Assembly: GCA_965223265.1 (NCBI GenBank)
Contig: OZ244999.1
Span: 2,496,001 to 2,560,000, forward strand
Length of the DNA: 64,000 bases
Reading direction: 5' to 3'
Source of the DNA: Planctomycetota bacterium
GTDB lineage: Bacteria; Planctomycetota; UBA8108; SXIK01
Below the pieces are notes generated by a model. The model saw only the letters and a list, made by a program, of their open reading frames with translations. It was not told the DNA's origin and ran no database searches. This document shows, piece by piece, positions 8,521 to 18,128 of the stretch. Both the position numbers and the translations under genes were made by a program. The number at the start of each line of letters is the position of its first letter. Positions within the stretch are counted from its first letter, which is position 1.

Positions 8521-10155
8521 GTGACGAAGAAACCTGAGCGAATCGATATCACCGAAGAGGAGCTCGAGGCGCTTGTTGAGCGCGTTGAGTCCGATCGCCT
8601 TGAGCCCGGCGACTACGAGGTGATCAAAGCGATGGCGGAGACGATTGCGTATCTCAGCCAAGCGATCGACCAAAAGGGCGTTCAGCTCAGGCGTCTTCTG
8701 CGCACGCTCTTTGGTTCTGGGAGCGAGAAGAGAGCGGAGGTTTTTGCTGAAGCGCTCGCCCGTGAGTCAGAGCAGTCAAGCTCGCCCGAGCCGGGAGAAG
8801 AAAGCGCAACTTCCGAAGCGGCGAGCGAGTCGGAAGCGACGGGCCATGGGCGTCGCGCCGCCAGCGAGTACACGGGCGCAGAGACGGTCGAGGTAAAGTT
8901 CGCGGGTCTCAGCTCGGGCGATCCCTGCCCAAAGTGCCCGAGCGGGAAAGTTTACGAACTGCCGGTTCTCGGCACGATCGTTCGAGTGAAAGGAACGACA
9001 CCGTTCGAAGCGACGGTGTACCGCCTTGAGAAGCTGCGCTGTAATCTCTGCGGCGAGATCTTCACCGCGGAGCCTCCCGCCGGAGTCGGCACAGAGAAGT
9101 ACGACGAGTCAGTGGTGAGTCTCCTTGCCGTACTGAAGTATGGCACCGGGATGCCCTTTTACCGACTTGAGAAGCTGCAGGAGTCACTCGGCGTGCCGCT
9201 ACCGTCCTCGACGCAGTGGGACATACTGAGTGGAGCGCTCAAGAGGATCGAGCCCGCTTATGACGAACTTTTCCGTCAGGCGGCACAGGGTGAAGTGATC
9301 CACAACGACGACACGACGGTGAAGATCCTGGAGCTCATGGGTAAACGGCGGGAGAATCTTCGCGATCCTCCGGAGCGTACGGGCATGTTCACAACGGGGC
9401 TAATATCGAAGAGGGAGTCACGAACGATTGCGCTTTTCTTCTCGGGATCGGACCACGCTGGTGAGAACCTGGAGAAGCTGCTGACGCTGCGGCAATCAAG
9501 CAGCGATCCGCCGATCCAGATGTGTGATGGTCTTGACCACAATCAACCAGCGGGGAAAGAGACCATCGTCGCCAATTGCCTCTCGCATGGTCGCCGCCGA
9601 TTCCTGGAAGTGATCGAGAACTTTCCCGCCGAAGTGCGCCATCTCATCGACGTGCTCGCCGAAGTGTACAAGGTCGACGGGCGAGCTCGCGCTGAAGCGC
9701 TCAGCGCGGAGGCGCGTCTTGAGCTTCACCAGAAGGAGAGTGCGCCGCTGATGGCGGACCTCCAGGAGTGGCTCGCGGCGCAGCTGAGCGAGAAGCGAGT
9801 CGAACCGAACTCGACTCTCGGTGAGGCGATCCAGTACATGCTGAAGCGCTGGGATGCGCTGACGCTGTTCCTCAGAAAACCCGGCGCCCCGCTCGATAAT
9901 AATATCTGTGAGCGCGGACTGAAGAAGGCGATCCTTAACCGGAAGAACTCGCTCTTCTTCAAGACGCGTCACGGCGCTCGCGTCGGTGATCTCTTCCTCA
10001 GCCTCATCCACACCGCCGAGCTCGCCGGCGCCAACCCGTTCGAGTACCTGAGCGCACTGCAAAGGAACTCAAAGATCGTCTCGAAGAAGCCACGCGACTG
10101 GATGCCGTGGAACTATCTTGAGACGCTCAAGAGCTCGGCGCCAACGACCCAGTAG
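8521..10155 (+). CDS. tnpC: IS66 DDE transposase TnpC
   Basis: LFGSGSEK, zinc finger CPKC...CNLC, HNDDTT, CDG, NCLSHGRRRF, LDNNICERGLK, NPFEYL. Confidence 0.92.
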   Translation: MTKKPERIDITEEELEALVERVESDRLEPGDYEVIKAMAETIAYLSQAIDQKGVQLRRLLRTLFGSGSEKRAEVFAEALARESEQSSSPEPGEESATSEAASESEATGHGRRAASEYTGAETVEVKFAGLSSGDPCPKCPSGKVYELPVLGTIVRVKGTTPFEATVYRLEKLRCNLCGEIFTAEPPAGVGTEKYDESVVSLLAVLKYGTGMPFYRLEKLQESLGVPLPSSTQWDILSGALKRIEPAYDELFRQAAQGEVIHNDDTTVKILELMGKRRENLRDPPERTGMFTTGLISKRESRTIALFFSGSDHAGENLEKLLTLRQSSSDPPIQMCDGLDHNQPAGKETIVANCLSHGRRRFLEVIENFPAEVRHLIDVLAEVYKVDGRARAEALSAEARLELHQKESAPLMADLQEWLAAQLSEKRVEPNSTLGEAIQYMLKRWDALTLFLRKPGAPLDNNICERGLKKAILNRKNSLFFKTRHGARVGDLFLSLIHTAELAGANPFEYLSALQRNSKIVSKKPRDWMPWNYLETLKSSAPTTQ

Positions 10156-10396
10156 CTTCGAGTGCGAACCGTCTCGTAACTGGGCCGGGAAGGCGCAACT
10201 CATCAGATTGGCGCTTTCCGGCCCCGCCGAACTTCCGGTGCGTCACGTGTCGGATAATTGCTCGGCGCGCGGCTGTCGGTGCGCCTCAACTCCGACCGCT
10301 CCGGGTGGGTGCTGCCAATTTTGCACGCCTGCCGGAAGGACACGGCCGAGACGGGGAGAGGGGAGGACGAAACGGGCGCGACTGGCGCAGGCGCGA

Positions 10397-10804
10397 CTAC
10401 TTCTCCTCAGCGGTCTGTTTGACCACCTTGCACGGGACGCCGTACGCGACGCAGTTGGCCGGGATGTCCTTGTTGACAAGGCTCATTGCGCCAACGACCG
10501 CGTTTTCGCCGACGGTGACGCCCGGGAGAATGACGCTGTGGCTGCCGATCTTGCAGTTTCTCTTGAGGTGGACAGGGCCTTCCTTCTCGTCGATCGTCGA
10601 CACGGTGTACACCGAGCAGTGCGAGCCGATCTGTACCTCGTCCTCGATAATGACACCGAACTTGGCGTTGATGTACGTGAACGCACCAATGTCGGTTCGG
10701 TGGCCGAGCTCGAGTCCGTCCTTGTTTTGCACCAACCAGTTGTACTTGGTGAGCTCACCTTCCTCGATCGCCGGCGGCTTCCAATCTGCGAACCTGTCGG
10801 TCAT
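10397..10804 (-). CDS. Hexapeptide-repeat (LbH) sugar acyltransferase
   Basis: VILPGVTVGENAVVGAMSLVNKDIP...GVPCK. The ATG at 10804 overlaps the upstream stop; the longer ORF start (11059) lies inside the upstream gene. Confidence 0.85.
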   Translation of the reverse strand: MTDRFADWKPPAIEEGELTKYNWLVQNKDGLELGHRTDIGAFTYINAKFGVIIEDEVQIGSHCSVYTVSTIDEKEGPVHLKRNCKIGSHSVILPGVTVGENAVVGAMSLVNKDIPANCVAYGVPCKVVKQTAEEK

Positions 10805-11457
10805 TCGCTCTGCGCCTCCTGCTGCGGGCGCTCCGTCCCTCTTCCGCTGTCGCTCGCGGTGCTCCCGGCCACGGTACCGGTGAACTTCGGCATGGTCGCG
10901 TGACCGGGCGCGTTGATCGCCCGCGGCCTGACGATCTGGCCGACCGTCCGGAAGAGGATTCTTACATCCAACCAAAACGATTGGTTTTGCACATACCACA
11001 CGTCGAGTTCGAACTTCTCCTCCCACGAACGAGAGTTTCGCCCATTGATCTGCGCCCACCCGGTGATCCCCGGTTTGACGTCATGGCGGCGTGCTTGCTC
11101 TGGAGAGTAGAGGGGGAGGTACTCCATGAGGAGCGGCCGCGGGCCGACCAGGCTGAGCTCACCTTTCACCACGTTCCACAGCGCCGGTAGCTCGTCCAAG
11201 CTTGTCTTACGCAAAAAGCTTCCGTAGCCCGTCAAGCGCTCGGCATCGGGGAGCGGATGGCCAGCGCCATCGCACGCGTTCGTCATGGTACGAAACTTGA
11301 TCATGAGGAACGGTTCTCCATGGAGGCCAGGGCGCTCCTGGCGAAAGAATACCGGCGAACCAAGGAGGATGCGATTCAACATCGCGATCACGAGCAGCAC
11401 GGGCGACAGCAGGATCAGCCCGAGACTCGCCGCGACGAAATCAACGCACCGTTTCAT
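10801..11457 (-). CDS. Undecaprenyl-phosphate sugar phosphotransferase (PglC-like)
   Basis: MKR..D, FFRQERPG, KFRTM, LRKTSLDELP, SLVGPRP, VKPGITGWAQINGRN, ELDVWY. Confidence 0.92.
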   Translation of the reverse strand: MKRCVDFVAASLGLILLSPVLLVIAMLNRILLGSPVFFRQERPGLHGEPFLMIKFRTMTNACDGAGHPLPDAERLTGYGSFLRKTSLDELPALWNVVKGELSLVGPRPLLMEYLPLYSPEQARRHDVKPGITGWAQINGRNSRSWEEKFELDVWYVQNQSFWLDVRILFRTVGQIVRPRAINAPGHATMPKFTGTVAGSTASDSGRGTERPQQEAQSE

Positions 11458-12673
11458 GGAATTCTTCGAGGTAGTCGACGAGGCGGTTCGCCAGCTGCTG
11501 TCGACTGAACTCGCGCTCTGCCAGTTTTCTGCCGTTTCGGCCCATCTCATGGCGCTCGTCCGGATGGTCTGCTAAATAAATCAGTGCATCGGCGAAAGCT
11601 TCCGGGTCTTCGGGCGCTACAGCGATGCCGCACCTGTTCTCTCCAATCATATCGGCCAACCAGCCCGGATAGTTGTTGAGAACCGGCAGACTCGCGGCGA
11701 TGTAGTCGAAAAACTTGTTGGGCGACGTCCCGTAGCGAAACGCCGGACAGTTGGCGAGAACCATGAGGCCGACGTCTGCGCAGCGAATGAGCTCCGCGAG
11801 GCGCGTTTTCGGCACCGGGTCGAGAAACAAACAGTTGTCCAGCTCGTCCTGCTCGGCTCGCGCGACGAGCTGGGGCTTGAGCTTTCCATCGCCGATAAAG
11901 ACGAGCCGGATGTCCTTCCGACCGCGCCCCGCGAGAACTGCTGCAGCGTCGAGGATGCTGCCGAGCCCATTGGCGATCCCGTGGGTGCCGGTAAACACCG
12001 CGACGAACTCGCCCTCGCGGGCGCCGGGGAAAGCGCGATCGCTGCTTGCGGCGTCTCCGAAGAGCTCGAGGTCGCAGCCGTTCGGCACCATGATCGTGCG
12101 CGACCCAGGTCGACTGCGTCCTTCGATCCCACGAACGATGCCCGGAGACAGTCCGACACATCCGTTCGCGGCGCGATAACTCAACCACTCGAGAAGGTCC
12201 ATTGCCTTGAGGATCACCGGGTTGGTGATCACTCCCATTTCGCGCGGTAGCTCCGGCCATAGATCGCGCACCTCGAAGACGAAGGGTTTGCGCCGGCGCA
12301 GCAGCCTCATGCAGATGCCTGGGATCCCCGCCGTCAGTGGCGTCGAGGTCGCGAAAAGAAGATCGTACTTCGTCGATAGTGCAACGCGAAGACTACGCAT
12401 GGAAAAAGCGAGAAACGTCCACGTGCGCTTCAGAAAACCATCGCGATTCGAGTAGGGGAGGCAAAACTCTACGACCTTAATTCCGTCGACGACGCCGCGG
12501 CGGACACCGCGCACCGGTTCGCCTTTGAGTCCCGTGTCGGCGACTCCGTAGGCGCCGCACACCATGGTCACCTCATGACCTCGCGAGATGAGACACCGCG
12601 CCATTTCATAGGACCGCGTTCCGGTGGCGCCCTCGGGTGTCGAAAAGTGTTGATGGAAGTAGAGGACGTGCAT
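11441..12673 (-). CDS. GT4 glycosyltransferase (WbuB-like)
   Basis: HQHFSTPEGATGTRSYE, FEVRDLWPE, GTHGIANGL, SPNKFFDY. Confidence 0.9.
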   Translation of the reverse strand: MHVLYFHQHFSTPEGATGTRSYEMARCLISRGHEVTMVCGAYGVADTGLKGEPVRGVRRGVVDGIKVVEFCLPYSNRDGFLKRTWTFLAFSMRSLRVALSTKYDLLFATSTPLTAGIPGICMRLLRRRKPFVFEVRDLWPELPREMGVITNPVILKAMDLLEWLSYRAANGCVGLSPGIVRGIEGRSRPGSRTIMVPNGCDLELFGDAASSDRAFPGAREGEFVAVFTGTHGIANGLGSILDAAAVLAGRGRKDIRLVFIGDGKLKPQLVARAEQDELDNCLFLDPVPKTRLAELIRCADVGLMVLANCPAFRYGTSPNKFFDYIAASLPVLNNYPGWLADMIGENRCGIAVAPEDPEAFADALIYLADHPDERHEMGRNGRKLAEREFSRQQLANRLVDYLEEFHETVR

Positions 12674-12722
12674 GATGCGTTTCCTGACCGCTAGGCCTCT
12701 TCGACCGGCCGGTGCATGACCT

Positions 12723-14633
12723 TCAGCTGAGATGAATCGAAGTGGTGATGCTGTACGTGCCCGGCTGCTCGATCTTTGCCTCGAGCACTGGAAGCTGTGT
12801 GCGTCTCAAATAGTAGAGGGACTCCCAACCAGCAGTCATCGAAAGAGCTATCGACGCATCTCCGGCGTCGATTTCCAGTCGACCGAGCGAACTCTCGCAG
12901 GCGTTACCGTCGAGGCTCCAGTTTTCCGGCGCCAAGCGCCAACGAAGCACCGCCGACCGACGGAAGCCGGAGACTGTATCGCGTACGAGCCAACGATCGT
13001 TCGATACCTCCACTCGGCGCTGGTGCGTGCAGCCTCTGTAATCTGTGTAGGCGCCTTGCCAGACGGCACCGCCCGACGTCGTCGTGAGATCCCTCTGCGT
13101 CTTGACAGCCGTCCAAGCGCCGAACAGGAAACGACCTATTCGCGGCATTTGGTCGCGACTGTCGAACTCCACCGTACTGTGACCCCTGGTGCCAGTGAAG
13201 TCATCGTACAGTTCGGGCTCGCAGTTGTAGCTGAACGAGCCACCATCGCGGATGACGTTGCAGCCTTTGTGCCAAAGATCCAAATGGAGCAGGTCGGAGT
13301 GAGGCGGGCGAAAGCGTGTGTTGGACGTGCGGACCAAAGCCCACGATTTGTGGCTGCGCATGACGACAAACCCGCCACCAGGGAAAGTTTGGCTGCTTCG
13401 GGTCAAACGCCGCGCCGTGCTATCGTGACAAACCTTCACGTCGAGCCAGCGTAGCGCCTCGTCCCAAGGGCCAGAGGGGAAGGCGGTCGCGTCGCAAAAC
13501 AGAGCGGCGCCAAGCTGAACCGACGGACGAAAGTCGCGGTAGTCGCAGGCGCTGAGTGGCAGCAACTGCGCGCCGTCGTTACCGCCCAAGTTGGGGGCGT
13601 CACCGGAGACGTCATCGACGAGTTGGTAAAGCCAATGCACGGCGGCGCGAGCGCGCTCTCGAAACGTCTCGGAAAAGCCGCGGAGGTCGAACGCCATCTG
13701 CCAAAACTTCGACACGCTCAGGGTGTCGAGCAGGAGGCGGTGGTACGTGACGGACGACTGCGAAAATGATCCGTCTGGAAAGATCAGTTTCTTTACTCGG
13801 TCTTCTAGCCAAATCCGACCCATCGACGACCAGTTCTCCGCCTTCGCCGTCATCGTACTCGCCGATTCATCCGACTCTTGCCGTTTGAGCCAACTGCCAG
13901 CGACGAACAATGCCGCCGCTTCGCTCGTGCCGTGATTGTTGTTCTGCGCGATTGCATAGCGAATGGTTGCAGCGATCCGCGTGCAGTGTTCGTCAACGAA
14001 GCGTGTCAGAGCCGGGGTTGGCTGGTCCAGTTGCTGGAGGAAGAATCCGCTCAGAAGCACATGCAGGAGGCGAATCGATGTTTCCTGACCGCACTTCCAG
14101 TTCGGGCCGCGGTTGAGCGGATTGGCGGCGGTCCAGCTGGAGATCCAGCGATTGAGAAGGTCACAGTGTCTGGCGTCACCCGTCACACGATGAGCCTGCG
14201 CTAGTTTCACAGCCCAGTCGAAGCGCGAGGGCTCCCAAACGGTTTTGATGTCGCCGACGCCTGCAGAAAAATCGCTGATCTCGACCCAATGGGTGTTGGG
14301 CTCGCTCAGTCGAGCTCCAGTGAACGGATTACAGAACCAGTGCGGCGGATCGCCGACGTCGAACTCGTGTGCTGAAAAGAAGCGCATCCGGCCAGCGTGA
14401 AGATTCTCCACTTCTTGAGCGAGAAGACGCCGCGACTCTCCATCGATTTTCACCTTCTGCGGATTCTGGAGCGGTGTGAAGAAATCGCCGTCCCAGGGTT
14501 TCCCCGACGGCAGCCATACTTTGCGAGCACCGCTCTTAAGCGTCGCGCGGTAGTACGCCGTGTAGAGCACGTTTCGCAGCCCCAGCCGCGGGATCGTTGC
14601 GAGCATCCAGCGCATGCGGTCGAGGGAGGCCAA
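12723..14633 (-). CDS. Heparinase II/III-family protein (polysaccharide-cluster type)
   Basis: DIKTVWEPSRF, GPNWKCGQE, NNNHGTSEA, DGSFSQ.S..YHR, HSDLLHLDLW, DGGSFSYN, GHSTVEFD. Confidence 0.85.
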   Translation of the reverse strand: MASLDRMRWMLATIPRLGLRNVLYTAYYRATLKSGARKVWLPSGKPWDGDFFTPLQNPQKVKIDGESRRLLAQEVENLHAGRMRFFSAHEFDVGDPPHWFCNPFTGARLSEPNTHWVEISDFSAGVGDIKTVWEPSRFDWAVKLAQAHRVTGDARHCDLLNRWISSWTAANPLNRGPNWKCGQETSIRLLHVLLSGFFLQQLDQPTPALTRFVDEHCTRIAATIRYAIAQNNNHGTSEAAALFVAGSWLKRQESDESASTMTAKAENWSSMGRIWLEDRVKKLIFPDGSFSQSSVTYHRLLLDTLSVSKFWQMAFDLRGFSETFRERARAAVHWLYQLVDDVSGDAPNLGGNDGAQLLPLSACDYRDFRPSVQLGAALFCDATAFPSGPWDEALRWLDVKVCHDSTARRLTRSSQTFPGGGFVVMRSHKSWALVRTSNTRFRPPHSDLLHLDLWHKGCNVIRDGGSFSYNCEPELYDDFTGTRGHSTVEFDSRDQMPRIGRFLFGAWTAVKTQRDLTTTSGGAVWQGAYTDYRGCTHQRRVEVSNDRWLVRDTVSGFRRSAVLRWRLAPENWSLDGNACESSLGRLEIDAGDASIALSMTAGWESLYYLRRTQLPVLEAKIEQPGTYSITTSIHLS

Positions 14634-14708
14634 GCGTCTAACCGTCCGGGGAAGGGTTTGAGTTGCGTTCGACGATCCTTGTCTCGCGCCGTGGAGTCAC
14701 AATTATGA

Positions 14709-15941
14709 TCAACACGAAGCGACGTGCAGAACTTTAGCAGCCGCGCGGCAGAGATCGTCGATCTCGGAGGTGCCCAGCGTTGGGTGAACCTGAAACATGA
14801 GGCTGCTCTCACCCAACTCGCTGGCAACGGGAAGGCGCTTTCGCGGTCTCAGATCATCCGTGTCGAACGCCTTTTCCAGGTAAACCTCGGAGCAAGAGCC
14901 TACGAAGCAGGGGACGCCTTCAGCGTTGATCGCGGTCAAAACGCGGTCACGGTCCCAGCCGGATCGGAGTCGCTCGCTGCGTAGAAACATGTAGTATTTG
15001 TAGTACGAGTGTCGCACGTGCGACGGCGGCTCCGTAAGACGCAGCGCCGGAAGCTCTCGCAATCGACTCGTCAGATGAGCCGCATGGCCTAGCCTCGTGT
15101 CCACTTGGTCGGCGAGCTTGCGCAGCTGAGCGCGCCCGATCGCCGCTTGAAATTCGGTCAGACGCCAGTTGGTCCCGAACGACTCGTGGAGCCAACGAAA
15201 TCCAGGTCCATGCTTCTTGTGGTAGACCGTGTCGTAATTCTTGCCGTGGTCTTTGTAGGCCCACATGCGTTCCCAGAGTTTGGCATCGTTCGTCACCACC
15301 ATGCCACCCTCGCCGCCCGTTGACATGATCTTGTCGTTGCAAAAGGAGAACGCCGCGGCGTCGCCGAAAGAGCCGACAGGGTGTCCGTTGTAGGTGGCGC
15401 CGTGCGCTTGGGCGCAGTCTTCGATCACCTTCAGGCCGAGCTCTTCCGCCAGCTTCCGAATCGGTTCCATCTCACAGGGCCAGCCAGCGAGGTGTACGGC
15501 GATGATCGCTTTGGTCTTGGGCGAGCAGAGTGGCCGGATCGTGTCGACGGTGATGTTCTGGCTCACGGGATCGACGTCGGCGAATACTGGGCGCGCCCCA
15601 ACGAGTATGACTGACGACGCAGACGCGATGAACGTCCGTGCCGGCACGATCACTTCGTCGCCCCGACCGATGTCGAGCGCGGAGAGCACGAGTTCGAGTG
15701 CAACGCTTCCGTTTGCAACTGCGACGGCGTGATCGACTTCGCAGTGAGCCGCGAACTCTGCTTCGAACTGGCGACATTCCTCTCCGGTCCAGTAGTTCGC
15801 CTTGCCGGAGCGCAGGACGTTCGCAGCCGCCTCGACTTCGTCCGCGGCGAAGTGAGGCCATGGTGGAAATGGTTCTTTCCGGATCGGAGTGCCGCCGTCG
15901 GCGGCCAATCGGACATCGGTTGATTGTTGCAACTCGGTCAT
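14709..15941 (-). CDS. DegT/DnrJ/EryC1/StrS sugar aminotransferase (PglE-like)
   Basis: ANGSVALE, VHLAGWP, IEDCAQAHGA, FSFCNDKIMSTGGEGGM with the PLP Lys. Start chosen at MTELQQ. Confidence 0.92.
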   Translation of the reverse strand: MTELQQSTDVRLAADGGTPIRKEPFPPWPHFAADEVEAAANVLRSGKANYWTGEECRQFEAEFAAHCEVDHAVAVANGSVALELVLSALDIGRGDEVIVPARTFIASASSVILVGARPVFADVDPVSQNITVDTIRPLCSPKTKAIIAVHLAGWPCEMEPIRKLAEELGLKVIEDCAQAHGATYNGHPVGSFGDAAAFSFCNDKIMSTGGEGGMVVTNDAKLWERMWAYKDHGKNYDTVYHKKHGPGFRWLHESFGTNWRLTEFQAAIGRAQLRKLADQVDTRLGHAAHLTSRLRELPALRLTEPPSHVRHSYYKYYMFLRSERLRSGWDRDRVLTAINAEGVPCFVGSCSEVYLEKAFDTDDLRPRKRLPVASELGESSLMFQVHPTLGTSEIDDLCRAAAKVLHVASC

Positions 15942-15973
15942 CCTGCGTGCGCGATCTGGGAGTGCGTCTCCTC

Positions 15974-16049
15974 GAAGCAGCCGGCACACTCTGTATTCCG
16001 TCGGTCTGGTCTCAAGCCACGGCACACGGAGTGTGTCCTGCTACTTTTT
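15974..16049. repeat. GTAG-type REP doublet (REPIN-like), one arm degenerate
   Basis: Minus arm AAAAAGTAGCAGGACACACTCCGTGTGCCGT (16019-16049) and a degenerate plus arm GAAGCAGCCGGCACACTCTGTATTCCGTC (15974-16002); intergenic. Confidence 0.6.
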
Positions 16050-16148
16050 CGGACAGAAGTTTTCAACGGGCTGTTAAGCCGTTCACTCGAGAGCGATTCA
16101 AATACATCCCGCCATCGATGTCAAAGCACGCGCTTGGTTTGCCGCCGT

Positions 16149-18128
16149 TCACGAAAGCCCTGGCCAGCTCACGGGACCTTCCGGCTGAGAGCTCTCCGCA
16201 CTGACCGACGGTGACGACTGGTGGCGGGTCGCCGCCGGGAAGCGGCTGGAGACCGGCGCCGGCGTAGTCTTCCGGGCGACCTCGAGTGCCGCCAACGTCT
16301 CCTGGTGGACGGGTGAAAAATCGGCAACGAGTTCGGTCAAAATGCGAAGCGCCGTGGGACGGTCTCCCTCTCTCGCTGTGGTGAAGAGAGTGGTTAACCG
16401 CGCGGCCAGATCCGGCCACTCCATTGCAGGCGGTGGGGCGCCATCGATCCAAACTTCCGGGCACGACGTTCTGGAATCTTCGGAGTCGATGAGAAGTTCC
16501 TCATAGATCTTCTCGCCAGGCCGCACACCGGTGAATTCGATGCGGATCTCGTGGCCAGGTTCTTTTCCCATGAGCCGGATCAGGTCAGTCGCCATGTCGG
16601 CGATGCGAACCGGCTCTCCCATGTCGAGCACGAACACCTCGCCGCCCTCGCCGATCGACCCAGCCTGGATCACGAGCTCCACGGCCTCCGACGTCAACAT
16701 GAAGAAGCGCGTCATCTCCGGGTGGGTGACTGTAACGGGACCGCCGCGGCGGATTTGTTCGCGGAATTTGGGTACGACGCTGCCCGAGCTTCCAAGTACG
16801 TTGCCGAACCTCACCGAGCAGAAACGCGTCGAGCTCTGCTCGTTCAGGACCTGCATGATGATTTCACCGAGTCGTTTCGTCGCGCCCATGACGTTGACCG
16901 TACGCACCGCTTTGTCCGTCGAGATGAACACGAACTCATTCGTGCCGTGGGTGTGAGCCGCGAGCGCCACATGGTAGAGGCCCTGCACGTTTGCGACGAT
17001 TCCTTCGCACGGGTTGAGCTCGACCAGCGGCACGTGTTTGTACGCCGCGGCGTGGAAAACGATTTCGGGGCGCGCTTGGCGGAACATGCGTTCAACGCTC
17101 GCGGCGTCGCGAACGTCGACGAGGTAGGGGTGCTCGAGGCACCTGTTCCCGGTCGCCGCGACTTCGCCGTGGATGCGAAAGAGGTTGTACTCGCAAGTGT
17201 CGCAGAGCGATAGAGAGGCCGGCTCGAGCTGGCTGACTTGGCGCACGAGTTCGCTGCCGACGCTGCCACCCGCGCCAGTGATCAACACGCGGCGACCGCG
17301 CAGCCAGCTGCGCATGCGGTCTCGATCCAGTTTGCGAGACGGTCGCCTGAGAAGATCGGAGATATCCGGCTCGTGAAACGAGGCGAGATCCGATGCGAGC
17401 AGCGCAGACTCAAGCCGCGGGAGTACCTTGACGCGCACGCCTTTTGCTTGCGCGCAGTTGTACACAGCCCGCAGCCGCTCGCCGGCGAGCTTGTCGATGC
17501 AGACCCAGATTTCGTCGACGGGGATGCGGTCGAGAGTGTCACTCAGAGTTTCGACGCCGCCGAAGATCTTGACCCCGTGGATCTCCTGGCCATGTTTAGT
17601 GGGGTCGTCGTCGATCAGCGCCTTCGCCGCGTAGTCAAACTTGAGCGACATGCGGAGGCCACGCAGGACAAGCTCCGCCGTGTCGCCGGCGCCGTAGAGA
17701 ATCACCCGCGTCGCATCGCCCGCGACTCGCTGGCGGTACGGCAGGCGAAACGCGAATCGGACGCCGCCGATGAGGAGGAGCGCTTCCATGCCGTAGATGA
17801 CGAACACGCTGCGCGGCACACCGTCGAGACGAAAGAGCATGAAGAGTGCCAAGCAGGAGAGCAGCACGGACCAGAGGACGGCCTTGACGACCGCGAGCGC
17901 GGTGGCCGTACTGGTGTAGCGTAGGATGCCGCTATAGAGTCGGTGGCGAGCCTGGGTGACGATACCGACGCCGAGGATGACGGGCAGCGTCTGCAGGATC
18001 GTGCCGTGGTAGCGGGTTGACTCCGTCCAGCCCACACGCAGCACGAAGGCGCCGTAGTAGGCCGCTGCCAGCAGCACGCCGTCCAGCGCCATGAGGCCCA
18101 GTTTGCGCCACGGTCCTCGCAGGTTCAT
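16149..18128 (-). CDS. Membrane UDP-GlcNAc 4,6-dehydratase (PglF/CapD/WbpM family)
   Basis: Four N-terminal TMs, ILYGAG, VLITGAGGSVGSEL, HAAAYKHVP, ISTDKA, MGATKR, VRFGNVLGSSGSV. Confidence 0.93.
   Translation of the reverse strand: MNLRGPWRKLGLMALDGVLLAAAYYGAFVLRVGWTESTRYHGTILQTLPVILGVGIVTQARHRLYSGILRYTSTATALAVVKAVLWSVLLSCLALFMLFRLDGVPRSVFVIYGMEALLLIGGVRFAFRLPYRQRVAGDATRVILYGAGDTAELVLRGLRMSLKFDYAAKALIDDDPTKHGQEIHGVKIFGGVETLSDTLDRIPVDEIWVCIDKLAGERLRAVYNCAQAKGVRVKVLPRLESALLASDLASFHEPDISDLLRRPSRKLDRDRMRSWLRGRRVLITGAGGSVGSELVRQVSQLEPASLSLCDTCEYNLFRIHGEVAATGNRCLEHPYLVDVRDAASVERMFRQARPEIVFHAAAYKHVPLVELNPCEGIVANVQGLYHVALAAHTHGTNEFVFISTDKAVRTVNVMGATKRLGEIIMQVLNEQSSTRFCSVRFGNVLGSSGSVVPKFREQIRRGGPVTVTHPEMTRFFMLTSEAVELVIQAGSIGEGGEVFVLDMGEPVRIADMATDLIRLMGKEPGHEIRIEFTGVRPGEKIYEELLIDSEDSRTSCPEVWIDGAPPPAMEWPDLAARLTTLFTTAREGDRPTALRILTELVADFSPVHQETLAALEVARKTTPAPVSSRFPAATRHQSSPSVSAESSQPEGPVSWPGLS

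Larger units (their letters stand above)
7599..10343 (+). mobile_element. IS66-family insertion sequence, apparently intact (2745 bp)
   Basis: Left end GTGTCCTTCCGGCAAGCCTGCA (7599-7620); right end reverse complement GTGTCCTTCCGGCAGGCGTGCA (10322-10343), 20/22 identical. 8-bp target duplication GGCCGAGA at 7591-7598 and 10344-10351. tnpA-tnpB-tnpC layout. Confidence 0.95.
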
